From an uncultured virus (IMG/VR IMGVR_UViG_3300005239_000276) (lineage: Duplodnaviria; Heunggongvirae; Uroviricota; Caudoviricetes), in IMG/VR virus record IMGVR_UViG_3300005239_000276: a DNA stretch of 64,000 nt, one strand, 5' to 3'. Of the stretch, positions 1 to 9,922 are shown one piece after another. The notes under the pieces are model-generated. The model did not search any database. It worked only from the letters and a program-made list of their open reading frames with translations, and was not told where the DNA came from. The position numbers were made by a program, and so were the translations under genes. Position 1 is the first letter of the stretch, and the number at the start of each line of letters is the position of its first letter.

Positions 1-430
1 AAATATTATGTTCTATATCATCTTCATAATTACTCATAAATTCTGCAAAAGATGAGTAATTATCATAGTCGTCAATAACTGTAAGATTACCAAGAGTTTT
101 TAGAGTTTGTAGATTTAAACTATCATAAAAAGATTTTTCTTTATCATATAAATTTAAAATAGTATCATTTAAGAGATTTGCTTGAATCCTTTCATAAATT
201 CTCTCTTGAGGTAATTCACTAGTAATAAAAAGAACATTTTTATTCTGTCTCATAGCAGAAGCTGCAACATGACACAGGAACAAAGTCTTTCCAGAACCAG
301 TATTTGAAAAAAGATAGTTTAAGGATCTATCACGCAAACCACCACCTGTAATTTTGTCTAATACGTCAACTTCAAAACTAATTGGGGTTTCTTTATAATT
401 ACCAAATTTAAACAAATCGAATTTACTCAT
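1..430 (-). CDS. DnaB/gp41-like helicase ATPase-domain paralog lacking the N-terminal domain (3' end runs off the window)
   Basis: Manual translation from ATG at 430 (ATGA overlap with gp41 stop): MSKFDLFKFGNYKETPISFEVDVLDKITGGGLRDRSLNYLFSNTGSGKTLFLCHVAASAMRQNKNVLFITSELPQERIYERIQANLL..., open to base 1; colinear with gp41 Walker A region. Confidence 0.85.
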   Translation of the reverse strand, partial: MSKFDLFKFGNYKETPISFEVDVLDKITGGGLRDRSLNYLFSNTGSGKTLFLCHVAASAMRQNKNVLFITSELPQERIYERIQANLLNDTILNLYDKEKSFYDSLNLQTLKTLGNLTVIDDYDNYSSFAEFMSNYEDDIEHNI

Positions 431-1802
431 GAAAATTTAAATCCCTCAAATGATTTCTTCGGTCTATCCTCGTTATTATACTCTTCTTCCTGTCCGGAGT
501 CAAGTATATTATCTTGTGCTGACTGTTCACAATCATAAAGACGCATCTTAGAACGATCAATTCCAATCACAAATCTCTTATTGACTACAGTATCATTGTA
601 TCTGTTCTTCAATTGCTTCACCATTATCTGTCCAATCTGCTCAAGTTCCTCAGTGCTAATAAGGGCAAACATAAGATCAGCAGTAGCAGGGAGACCAAAG
701 GACTCAGAAGTGTCAGTAAGGTCAACATCAGAGCTACCATAACCAGAACGAGTGGTCTGGGTGGCAGATACGATAGGGACCTCGGCTTCGCCAGCCAACC
801 CTCTAAGCTCCTCTGCAATAGATTTAATATATGAATATGAATTGACAGACATCCCTGACTTATAACGGGAGGAAGCACATATATTAAGGTAATCAATGAA
901 AATAATATCAGGTCTAAATGACTTCTTAAGTGCAAGCTCACTAAGAAGTGCTTTAAAATGTCCACTATGTGCGATGCTGTTGGATACTCTTTAATTATAA
1001 GTGTGCCTTGTGTTTTTGCTGCCAACTTAGTTACTTTATTCTCAAACGTTGACTTGGGCAAATCTACAATATTCTGAATAGCAACATCTAATAAGTTTGC
1101 GTCAATTCGTTCAGCAATTTTCTCTTCTGCCATCTCCATTGTAATGTAGAGAACGTTTTTCCCTTGGAGCAACACGGAGCTAGCAACATGGCACATGAAT
1201 AAAGACTTCCCGACGCCAGTACCAGCAAGCGCGATAGTAAGAGTCTTATTAGATATGCCCCCGCTCGTAATCTTGTTAAGGTATTCGAGATCAAACGAAA
1301 CCTTCTCCTCCTTCCTGTGATAGTACTCATATCTTTCTTGATAATTTTCTAGGTAATCGTGTCCAATGTTGTTGTCAAAAGAAACTGCCAGTGCATCAGA
1401 AAGAATAGAAGGAATCGCATCCCTACTCTTCTTCTCATCATTTCCGTCTGCAATATGAATAGATTCCATCAGTGCAAGATAAATCGCACGATCACGACAC
1501 CACTTTTCGGTGGTATCTAATAACCATTCATTATCTACTGGAAGATCTGTAAACGAATTGCAGATGTCTCTGGTTTCTTTAATCTCACTCTCGTTTAGAT
1601 CTGTCCGATTCTCAACCTCAATATTTAGTGCTTCTGTTGTAATGGCAGAACCATACTTCACAATGAACTGAGTAATCTCCTCAAAGATTACTTTTTCACC
1701 TCTTTGCTCAAAATATGTTGGTTCTATAAATGGAATGACTTTACGAGAATAATTTTCGTTGCATATTAAGTTTCTGAGAATTGTAGTCTCAATCCGTTCC
1801 AT
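427..1802 (-). CDS. gp41: Replicative DNA helicase (T4 gp41-like); one apparent frameshift near 975
   Basis: Walker A AGTGVGKS, KEYPTAS, and C-terminal ELRGLA/SATQTTRSG/SESFGLPATAD/KQLKNRY in a second frame; adding one base at GCATC^GCACATAGT restores SAHSGHF. Confidence 0.95.
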
Positions 1803-2806
1803 AAGAGAAATTCTTTCTTCGCGGCAGCATCAAGTTGCTGCATTACTTCTTCTGTAAAATAAACTTCTGGGTCTTTCAGAATTGCCTTAGCATATACTTT
1901 TTTAGTCTCACCATTAACGGTCATCTCATAACGACCGGCAACGTTCTTCCACATTCCGGCAAGTTCACCCAATTCAAGTAAACCATAATACCGATCAAGT
2001 CCCCGACGATCATAAAATAAACGAACAGTTACATCCTTGTTTTCCTTACTCAAACGTGACTTGATAGTTTTTGCCTTAATAAGGTTTCCAACAACTGATG
2101 TTCCCTCTTTTTCTTTTGACTTCGAAAGAAAAATTACTGAAGAAGATGCGTAAAATAATCCCGATCCTCCACCCATTTTCTTTGCTTCATATAAAGACAT
2201 TGAGTCGTAAACATGATTAGTTACAATGAAAGGTATCTTTGCTTGTCCCATTTTAAGAGTCAACATTCTAAAAGCACCTTTAATTAATTGTGCCTTTGTC
2301 ATATCTCTAGTAGTTTTTTCTGCTAGGGTATCTTCAATCTCCTTATTAGTTGAAAGATTACCTAAAGAGTCTAACACAAACATACAAGGTTTACGTTCTT
2401 CTTCAGGTTTTTTCTGATACATATCAACTGCCCTGAGTGCCTTACTACGGAACTCTTCGATAGTCACTACATTAACAACAACAAGACGATTAAGGTCGAT
2501 TCCTCGACTCTCTAAGAGTGACTTATTGACAGCTGCCTCAGTATCAAAATACAGGCAATATCCATCAGGATTAGAGTCCAGAAAATTCTTAACCACTGCG
2601 AGTGAGAAGAAAGTTTTTCCTGTAGAACTTTCACCAGCAATTGCAGTGATTTTGTTACCAGAAACACCACCACGGATAGACCCAGATACAAGAGCATTAA
2701 AGATGAACGAACCAGTGTCAACGTATGTTTCAGTTTCGTCAATGTCTGCTGCCAGTTTGGTAAAGTCATCTCCGATTTCCTTTACGATGTCTTTTAAAAA
2801 ATCCAT
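1789..2806 (-). CDS. uvsX: RecA-like recombinase UvsX (probable extra T near 1812; true end likely ...KEFSYGTD*)
   Basis: AGESSTGKT Walker A, YFDTEAA, FVLDSLG, MGGGSG; position between gp43 and gp41. Confidence 0.95.
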
Positions 2807-5307
2807 TATACAAAAAATAAATCAAGGTTTACTGTTTTCTCCACATTCCACCCAATCGCATCAAGAATAGATTTGAGTGGGTCTAAAAAACTCTTTTCAA
2901 ATTGTAATTCATAATCTATGTATTTGTCAAGACCGAGTTCATGTGGAAAGTCTTGAATAAATGAGATGACATTCTCCTGAATAATATTTGGTTTCTTCAG
3001 ATAAATGAACTTGATTTTCTCACCATTATTGATAAGTGAGTATTTATTATCAAGTTTCTTCTCCTTAATATAATGATTGAACAATAGTGCTCCACGACAA
3101 TGAATAGGAGTTCCTTTGGAATAGATGTCAGAATAAGATCTATACTTCACAACATCCGATACTGAACGAGGGAATGCGATTTGTTCTGGAGGAAGTGCCT
3201 TAAACTCTTTACGACAATTATCAATAAAGTCAATTACTTCTTCTTCAGTACCACTCATCATGAGTTTGAGACCATCCTTAATCATCGTTCTACAGGGTGC
3301 AGGAGTGGATGATTTGACTGCCTCAATACCCATCATCTTAAGTTTAGGTTCCGAATACTGAACTCCTTCACTGTTCCATACGTTGAGAATATATCTCTTC
3401 TTCGCAGTCCAAATACCACGTTCTGAAATATTCTCACGTTTCATAATCATCTTTTGTTCATATGCCGAAACGTAATCCGCAAGTTCCGTATAAGATTGTT
3501 CGATGAACGGTTCCAACTTGTCTTCACAGATCTTATCAAGTAACTGAACAACTTTTGTTTTATCGTCAGACTTATGACTAAGAAATTTATCAACAAGAGG
3601 TCCCATATTAAGATAGATTGAGTCAGTGTCAGATGCGATGACATAATCGACTTCTTCGGTTTGCAAAATCTTATTTAGAAATCCGTTCATCTTATTCTCA
3701 ATCCAACGGATAGAGACTTGACCAGAAAGCGTAATCGCTTCCGCATTGACCAGTTTGTAGTAACGGAAATATTGATTACCGATAGCACCATATGCAGAGT
3801 TGAGTTGAATCTTGCGAGCCATCTGAATATTGTTGCATCGTGCAATCTCTTTCTCCAATGCCTTAGTCGGAGTTTTTTCATAATCTTGTTTTGCAATAAG
3901 CATCTTCTTCTTATAGATGGTGCGATCCTTATAAATCTTCTCCATCAATTCAGGTAGGAACCCACGGACATCTTTACGATACATGGCACCATTAGCACAC
4001 ACTGCACTGTCCTTATACAGTTCAAAAGTCAGTTCTTCGTTAAGTATCTTATCAACTGTAACTGATGGGTGCCTGGTCTCTCGGAGTGTCTCTGGAGAGA
4101 TGTTGTACTGCATAATAAGGTGAGGGTAGAGAGAGTTAAGGTCAAAAGACACAACCCAATCATACTTTCCCGGAATCGGTTCCTTAACATATGCTCCTGC
4201 ATACTTTGCATCCTTGTCTGAACGTTCTTTGGGTGGAATTACAATGTTTCTCTTTTTAAGATAATTGTAAATGATCGCATCCCACATACGAACTTGATAG
4301 AACACATCATTATAATTCACCTTAGCATCATATGCCATAGTGATTGCAAGTTCAATCAATTTCATCTTGTCTTCCATACGGTCAACAAGTTCCACGTCAA
4401 TGATATTATATTCTACAAACTTCTGCCACCCTTTAGTATAGAAATCTTTAAATGTATCAAACTCAGAGTGATCAAGTTTCTTTTGCCCAAGTTCCACACT
4501 CGCAATATAATCCAACCGATAAGACTCTTGTGCCTTATAAGTGAACTTCTTATACAGATTTAGATAATCAAGTTGAGTGACACCACCAACATCATAAGAG
4601 ATCTGTTTACGACCCATTACAATAGTCTCACGTTCAGTCACCAATCCCCAAGGTGAAAGTCGTTTCATTAACTTCTCACCAAGAATGCGATCAATACGCC
4701 TCACCAAATAAGGCATATCATACAGTTCACTATTCCATCCAGTCACAACTTCAGGAGTATTAGTCTCAATCATCCACCAGTTTATAAAGTCATTCAGTAA
4801 CTCATATTCTGTTCTGAAACTTTTGTAGATAACATTCTCTTGCTTATTATTGAATGGTCCCTGACCCCAAGTGCGAATCTGTTTTGTAGTATAATCTTGC
4901 ACAGTAATAAGAAGAACTTCTTCTGCGGCAGACTCTACATCAGGGAATCCATTCTCAGTTTTTACCTCAATATCAATCGTAGATATTTTGATCTTTGTAG
5001 TATCAAACTTGACTTCTTCTTCTGGATACATCTCAGAAATATACTGATAGATGTATCGGTCATTACCATAGATCTTAAAGTTTTCTACACCATCATACTT
5101 CTTGATGAACTCTCTACAATCACGAACAGTTCCTGGATCTATTGATTCAACATAGTCTCCCTCAAGAGTTTTATATTTTGTTTCTTTATTAGAAGGGACA
5201 AATAATGTAGGATAAAACTTTTCTCTTGTAGCAAAGTGCCTTCCGTTCTCATACCCACGAACCAAAAAGTGGTCACCGACCATTTGAACGTTGGTGTAAA
5301 ATCTCAT
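2806..5307 (-). CDS. gp43: Family B DNA polymerase
   Basis: Exonuclease DIEV, SFDLNSLYPH, KIQLNSAYG, ASDTDS, KKRY motifs. Confidence 0.98.
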   Translation of the reverse strand: MRFYTNVQMVGDHFLVRGYENGRHFATREKFYPTLFVPSNKETKYKTLEGDYVESIDPGTVRDCREFIKKYDGVENFKIYGNDRYIYQYISEMYPEEEVKFDTTKIKISTIDIEVKTENGFPDVESAAEEVLLITVQDYTTKQIRTWGQGPFNNKQENVIYKSFRTEYELLNDFINWWMIETNTPEVVTGWNSELYDMPYLVRRIDRILGEKLMKRLSPWGLVTERETIVMGRKQISYDVGGVTQLDYLNLYKKFTYKAQESYRLDYIASVELGQKKLDHSEFDTFKDFYTKGWQKFVEYNIIDVELVDRMEDKMKLIELAITMAYDAKVNYNDVFYQVRMWDAIIYNYLKKRNIVIPPKERSDKDAKYAGAYVKEPIPGKYDWVVSFDLNSLYPHLIMQYNISPETLRETRHPSVTVDKILNEELTFELYKDSAVCANGAMYRKDVRGFLPELMEKIYKDRTIYKKKMLIAKQDYEKTPTKALEKEIARCNNIQMARKIQLNSAYGAIGNQYFRYYKLVNAEAITLSGQVSIRWIENKMNGFLNKILQTEEVDYVIASDTDSIYLNMGPLVDKFLSHKSDDKTKVVQLLDKICEDKLEPFIEQSYTELADYVSAYEQKMIMKRENISERGIWTAKKRYILNVWNSEGVQYSEPKLKMMGIEAVKSSTPAPCRTMIKDGLKLMMSGTEEEVIDFIDNCRKEFKALPPEQIAFPRSVSDVVKYRSYSDIYSKGTPIHCRGALLFNHYIKEKKLDNKYSLINNGEKIKFIYLKKPNIIQENVISFIQDFPHELGLDKYIDYELQFEKSFLDPLKSILDAIGWNVEKTVNLDLFFV

Positions 5308-6019
5308 TATGAATTAATTGATGTCGGACATGGGTTTCATATTTTTCCTTATGTATTATAGCATCCTTTCCGGAAAATTCCTCAAATGCACTAACGAACA
5401 TATAAAAATAATGCCAGTGATTTGGAGGAATATACTGCGGTGACATACACACAAAGATGTGGTCAAAATTATAACTATCGAACTTATAATTTTCTTTCTC
5501 TACATTTTGATAGTTAGGAACAACTTCCGCATTATACTCATTACGAACTTTATTTCCACTATTTTCGTTTCCTATCCATGTAAAAGAATTAAGTTTTCCA
5601 TTTCCTCCTAACCATGCTCCCCAATTTCCTTCATGAACTTTATTGTGTTTTAGAATTTCATAAAATTCTCTTTTGTATGCATCTTCATCAGACATTTCTT
5701 CAGTATAATCTCCTCCAAAAACATCATCATGATGATCAATATTAATTAGATCAATATTTTCACAGTCAGCAATACTAAACAAAATAGAATCATGTTCATA
5801 TCCAAAAGAGACACTATCACAATTTTTAATTCCTTTTAAAAATGTATTATAACAGAATAATAAATTGGATTGATCAATATAAAAATGATTTTCTTTAAAA
5901 TTACTTTGATTGAATAAGTTGTCCCATCTTATTGTAGGATGGTTTTCATAATAAAGACCATTATACAATTCTATTGTTGGACCCATAATATAGTCCAGGT
6001 CAATACTTAATACTTTCAT
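5273..6019 (-). CDS. Putative metal-dependent hydrolase, UPF0489/arginase-deacetylase-like
   Basis: Motifs SIDLDY, EHDSI, NIDHHDD, EGNW, CMSPQY; overlaps the gp43 start by 35 nt. Confidence 0.55.
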   Translation of the reverse strand: MKVLSIDLDYIMGPTIELYNGLYYENHPTIRWDNLFNQSNFKENHFYIDQSNLLFCYNTFLKGIKNCDSVSFGYEHDSILFSIADCENIDLINIDHHDDVFGGDYTEEMSDEDAYKREFYEILKHNKVHEGNWGAWLGGNGKLNSFTWIGNENSGNKVRNEYNAEVVPNYQNVEKENYKFDSYNFDHIFVCMSPQYIPPNHWHYFYMFVSAFEEFSGKDAIIHKEKYETHVRHQLIHNEILHQRSNGR

Positions 6020-6279
6020 TACTTATTAAGTTCAATATACTTTTTCAAAAGTTCCGAATTTGGATCAGAAAGAGTCATAATCTTATCTGATGAAATCATA
6101 TACTTATTATCAGAAGTGTAATCAATCAACCACGGAGAAAGTGTAAGGCTTGATTGGTTTAATAAAAATGGTTCAATCAATCTACAATCAGGTTCTCCAA
6201 GTTCTGTTGACATTTCTTCAATCTGACTGATCAGAATCTGATTGTTCGTCAGTAGAATCACTTTGATCGTCTTGTCCAT
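6019..6279 (-). CDS. Conserved cyanophage hypothetical protein upstream of gp43
   Basis: ELGEPDCRLIEPF motif; usual synteny. Confidence 0.75.
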   Translation of the reverse strand: MDKTIKVILLTNNQILISQIEEMSTELGEPDCRLIEPFLLNQSSLTLSPWLIDYTSDNKYMISSDKIMTLSDPNSELLKKYIELNK

Positions 6280-6592
6280 TAATCATTTCCTCGTAAAGGT
6301 TTTCAATTTCTTTTACTGGAGTTACAACAGTAACTATCCAGTCAGGTCTTACAGGTATCTCTGTATCCGTTGTAAGACATATCCACGGTGTAAAATTAAC
6401 TCCTACATTTCTATCTTCTGATGGAGTTTGTCCTTCTTCCAAAAGAAGAACCTCTTCATTAGATGCTAGATCTACAATGTAAGGTTTCTTGAACACATAT
6501 ACATAATTATTTTTATCAGAAATCAGTTCTTTAATTTTAATATCGGCAATTACTGATTCACCTGATTTCAATAATGCAATCCTAATCGACAT
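6218..6592 (-). CDS. Conserved cyanophage hypothetical (Sm-like) protein
   Basis: MSIRIALLKSGESVIADI...PDWIVTVVTP; GGAGAGG RBS upstream of ATG 6592. Confidence 0.75.
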   Translation of the reverse strand: MSIRIALLKSGESVIADIKIKELISDKNNYVYVFKKPYIVDLASNEEVLLLEEGQTPSEDRNVGVNFTPWICLTTDTEIPVRPDWIVTVVTPVKEIENLYEEMINGQDDQSDSTDEQSDSDQSD

Positions 6593-6613
6593 TTTTAATT
6601 TACCTCTCCGAAT

Positions 6614-6665
6614 ATTATAGCACAAAAAAGGAGGGGTTACAACTGGATTTTGCCAGTTCCCCTCC
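6614..6665 (-). terminator. Bulged hairpin terminator overlapping a sigma70-type promoter
   Basis: GGAGGGG-AACTGG-caaaat-CCAGTT-gtaa-CCCCTCC-TTTTTT; TTGTAA(6642-6637)-17 bp-TATAAT(6619-6614). Confidence 0.75.
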
Positions 6666-6699
6666 GTCTGCGACGATATNNNNNNNNNNNNNNNNNNNN

Positions 6700-7605
6700 A
6701 GGAAGCACAACTGTATGCACTTTCTCTCGTTTTACTTCTAGAGATTCAACACGAGAAGGTAAGGGAACAGAAGACTGAATGTTCATCCAAGAATTAAGAG
6801 GAGTTTTCGATGCCTCTGTAATCAAAGGATTGGTACGAGAACCCCAATTATCCATATTAATATAATAGTTACGAACTTCTGAATTATTCAGAACATCCTT
6901 AACATAAGCATCAGTAGAACGACCAATAAAATCTTGAAATGTTTTCTCATTATGGGAAGTATAACGCTCAAGTTTCACATTACCATTACCAGTGCTATGA
7001 ATATAACTAACCATCTCCTTTACAAGGCGACCTTGTACAGTTTTACTCAGAGAGTTATTAGCAATTAATTTAATCTCATCTTCAATCTGCTGCTGACAGG
7101 TAATTTTGTTATCTTTGATGCCATATTTGATGTGCTCAACTACCTCATCATCATTATTGAGGGTAGCATGAAAAACACGTTCATTATTCAATGCTTTAGA
7201 AAACCGTTTACGAGCCCACGCATCCTCGCAACGAACAAAAACGATCATATAACCAAGAATACCAAGCATAGCACAAGAATCGTGACGGTGACCACCAGTA
7301 ATAATATCACCCGTATCAATATCGATATAAACAGGAGGTTGGGTACAATCAATACCATTCTGTTCAATATCTTCCTTAATCAAGATGACTTTTTGAGGAT
7401 CTGTTCCTAAAAAACGACCGATATTATTTTGCTTTACTGTGTCTTTCCAAAGACCAAACTTTTTTTGAATGATTTCAATACCGGGAATTCCTTTGTCAGT
7501 GACAGGAAAAGTCCAGTTATCAGAATCCATCAACTTTTCATCAAAATATTCACAAAGATAGTCTGCGTTGTTGATGGGAGTGTTCAGAAAAACAGAAAGA
7601 GTCAT
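6700..7605 (-). CDS. Hypothetical protein with ParB/sulfiredoxin-like N-terminal motif; 3' end lost in the gap
   Basis: KEDIEQNG...PPVYID...IITGGHRHDSC resembles the ParB-N GxHR signature; C-terminal YRRRRRGTGKIQL in the ORF track is cross-gap read-through. Confidence 0.55.
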
Positions 7606-7627
7606 GGTTGTTTGTTTTGACTCCTAT

Positions 7628-7662
7628 ATTATAACATAAAAAAAGAGGAGTCGCAACCCCTC
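7628..7662 (-). terminator. regA terminator overlapping a sigma70-type promoter for the ParB-like gene
   Basis: GAGGGG-TTGCGA-CTCCTC-T7; TTGCGA(7656-7651)-17 bp-TATAAT(7633-7628); AGGAG RBS follows. Confidence 0.75.
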
Positions 7663-8109
7663 TCAAAATCTTATTTGGTTTCTTCTGTCCTTTTCTTCTT
7701 CGACCCAATATTGTATTTGTCTCAAGGATCCAGTCTTGCTTATCTCTAAATGCAAGAACTTTAATTTGATTGAGTGGTGCGATGTCTGAATTTTATCGGC
7801 ATCTACAATACTAATCAAACCCCAGTCGGCAAGTAGTTGTGCAATACGATTACGTCTCTGAACATCATTCAATGTTAGATTTGCATGTTTACCATCAAGG
7901 GCAAATAGTTCCTTAAAATGCACAAGGTAATATCTTCCTTGTTTGTGCAGAATGTGACAGGACTGATAGATTTTCCTTTCCTTTCTAGACGCAACTCCGA
8001 TACGAGTCAAAGTCTCACGAACTTTCAGAAAGTCATCTGGTTCTCCTAGAACCACTTCCACCATTTGGTCTGGTGTCCACTTCACTTCAGCTTCTCTAAC
8101 AACACTCAT
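7663..8109 (-). CDS. regA: Translational repressor RegA (apparent frameshifts near 7785 and 7715)
   Basis: PDDFLKVRETLTRIGVAS, QSCHILHKQGRYYLVHFKELFALDG; APLNQIKVL present in an alternate frame. Confidence 0.95.
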   Translation of the reverse strand: MSVVREAEVKWTPDQMVEVVLGEPDDFLKVRETLTRIGVASRKERKIYQSCHILHKQGRYYLVHFKELFALDGKHANLTLNDVQRRNRIAQLLADWGLISIVDADKIQTSHHSIKLKFLHLEISKTGSLRQIQYWVEEEKDRRNQIRF

Positions 8110-8489
8110 CTTTTTCCTCCAGTATCAAATTTTGATTTAATAAAATTAAGTTGTTCTTTTGTTAGAATTTTCAAAGCCTGTTTTGCCTTTTCATTACTAT
8201 AACCATAATAACGTTTGACATAATCTAGATCTTTGATCTTATCTTGTCGGAGCCAGGGAGAAAATCTCTTCTTTTTCCTCACAATATTTATAAGGAAGTC
8301 GTATTGTAACCTTTTAGGAAGGAAATTATACTTATTCATCTCATTGACAAACATCAAAGTATCAAGATGTCCAGAGAAACAACGATTGATAATATAAGGA
8401 GGATATTCTTTTTCGAGTGAAGGATCTTCATCAATCAAATGCTTCTTAGTTTGATTGATAGAGTTGAGCCAGTCTTTCAGTTCAGTCAT
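8106..8489 (-). CDS. gp62: Clamp loader small subunit
   Basis: ELKDWLNSIN, YPPYIINR, RKKKRFSPW, YYGYSNEKA. Confidence 0.92.
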   Translation of the reverse strand: MTELKDWLNSINQTKKHLIDEDPSLEKEYPPYIINRCFSGHLDTLMFVNEMNKYNFLPKRLQYDFLINIVRKKKRFSPWLRQDKIKDLDYVKRYYGYSNEKAKQALKILTKEQLNFIKSKFDTGGKR

Positions 8490-9369
8490 AAAGTAGAAGG
8501 TCAAGAACGTTTACAGTTTCTTTTTCGGTAGGATAGTTGGTGACAAGAAGTTCTGTCTTTACATTCTCATCAGTTCCTTTCTCACCACGATGTGCCATGG
8601 AATATCGAAGTTTCCATTCACGCAAATGATAATCTTTATACAGTTCCAACAACCTATCATTCACATTATAGGTAATCATAAACTCGTGTGGACACTTATA
8701 TACATCTTCGGCAAACTTATCATGGTCAAAGAACTTGTGCATCTCACGGTCCTTACCATAAAGAAAGTCTTTGATATCATAAGGTGGGTCAAGAAATACG
8801 AATACATCCTCACCAGGAGCATTCATAACCTCCGAGTAATCAATATTTGTAATCTTCCATTTCTCTGTAAGTTGAGAATACTTCTTTAGTTTCTCAATAC
8901 CAATAAAGGAAAAGTTAGAACGAGAGGCAGTTTTAGAAAAAGTGCTGTTCTCGGTCAAACCAGAAAAACTACACTTGTTTAGAACAAAGAAACTTACGGC
9001 ACGATCAAGTCCATCCTGACTATTGATATCATCCAGTGTTTGATTAAAGAGTTCTTTATGTGCCGCATCCTTATCATCCTGAGATTGATAGTTTGATACT
9101 CTTGACTTAATCTCATTCAGACGATTAGATAATTCTTCACCATTATCCCTCAACTGAACCCAGAAGTTATAGAGTGTCACATACTTATCATTGATCCATA
9201 CAGGGACATCTGGGTATGCCTGAGTCGCATAGAATGCCACAGAACCACCACCAATAAATGGTTCACGGTATTCTTTAAAGTCTTCAGGAAACCATGGTGC
9301 CAAAGTCTTTGTTGCCTTAGACTTACCACCAGGATATCTCAAACAAGTTTTAAGAGGAAAGGTTTTCAT
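8482..9369 (-). CDS. dam: DNA adenine methyltransferase (D12 class)
   Basis: LRYPGGKS, EPFIGGGSV, FLDPPY motifs. Confidence 0.92.
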   Translation of the reverse strand: MKTFPLKTCLRYPGGKSKATKTLAPWFPEDFKEYREPFIGGGSVAFYATQAYPDVPVWINDKYVTLYNFWVQLRDNGEELSNRLNEIKSRVSNYQSQDDKDAAHKELFNQTLDDINSQDGLDRAVSFFVLNKCSFSGLTENSTFSKTASRSNFSFIGIEKLKKYSQLTEKWKITNIDYSEVMNAPGEDVFVFLDPPYDIKDFLYGKDREMHKFFDHDKFAEDVYKCPHEFMITYNVNDRLLELYKDYHLREWKLRYSMAHRGEKGTDENVKTELLVTNYPTEKETVNVLDLLLYD

Positions 9370-9565
9370 AATCACGAGGATGATATTTCAAATATTCCCA
9401 GAAAGTCAATTTCATTTCCTTCTGAGTCATACCACAATGTTTTGCGGCAGTAGGTAAATTCATTGTAGCACGAAAGAGTGCTTCATTTGCTTCTTTTACA
9501 TTCTGGGGAGTAGTTTTGACTTTCTCCCCCACCATTTTGCTTTTATCAATTTTTAGTAGTCCCAT
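9350..9565 (-). CDS. Small hypothetical protein (HTH-like)
   Basis: MNLPTAAKHCGMTQKEMK; tightly packed in the operon. Confidence 0.65.
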   Translation of the reverse strand: MGLLKIDKSKMVGEKVKTTPQNVKEANEALFRATMNLPTAAKHCGMTQKEMKLTFWEYLKYHPRDYENLSS

Positions 9566-9747
9566 CAGAAAGTATTAGCAGTATCTAAAAGTTCTGTAAG
9601 GTAATCCTGAAAACTCAGTGTGCTTTCTGCCATTACCCTATATCCAGTTCCGACATATAGTTGTCCCAATAAAACTGATGCTGTAGCAGTTCCCCAGAAG
9701 ATATAGTAGAACTTGGACTTAACTTGACACTTTTTCGTTTGTTTCAT
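9565..9747 (-). CDS. Small putative membrane protein
   Basis: Hydrophobic FYYIFWGTATASVLLGQLYVG; start codon uncertain. Confidence 0.55.
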   Translation of the reverse strand: MKQTKKCQVKSKFYYIFWGTATASVLLGQLYVGTGYRVMAESTLSFQDYLTELLDTANTF

Positions 9748-9922
9748 CGTAAGTAATAATAATTTTTTTAGTGATTTTACCTGTGTTATCATAAGTAGAG
9801 GCATACTCTAACTTACCATTTAAAAGTGAAACTACATTATCTAGTTGATATTGTGTTATATACTTTTTAAATCCATCATCCATCCAACTCTTATTTGATC
9901 CTGGTTCATTAAATCCTTCCAT
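9719..9922 (-). CDS. Small hypothetical protein
   Basis: MEGFNEPGSNKSW...; overlaps both neighbours. Confidence 0.55.
   Translation of the reverse strand: MEGFNEPGSNKSWMDDGFKKYITQYQLDNVVSLLNGKLEYASTYDNTGKITKKIIITYDETNEKVSS

Noticed and set aside
960..985. Split gp41 as a programmed frameshift or pseudogene
   Set aside because: One missing base restores the conserved SAHSGHF, there is no slippery site, and the gene is essential. It is one of many similar indels, so most likely a sequencing error.
1766..1815. Extended uvsX C-terminus overlapping gp41
   Set aside because: Removing one T from a T run gives the expected KEFSYGTD* ending.
7663..7800. Novel RegA C-terminus
   Set aside because: The canonical APLNQIKVL...KYNIG sequence is present in shifted frames near a contig end; indel errors.
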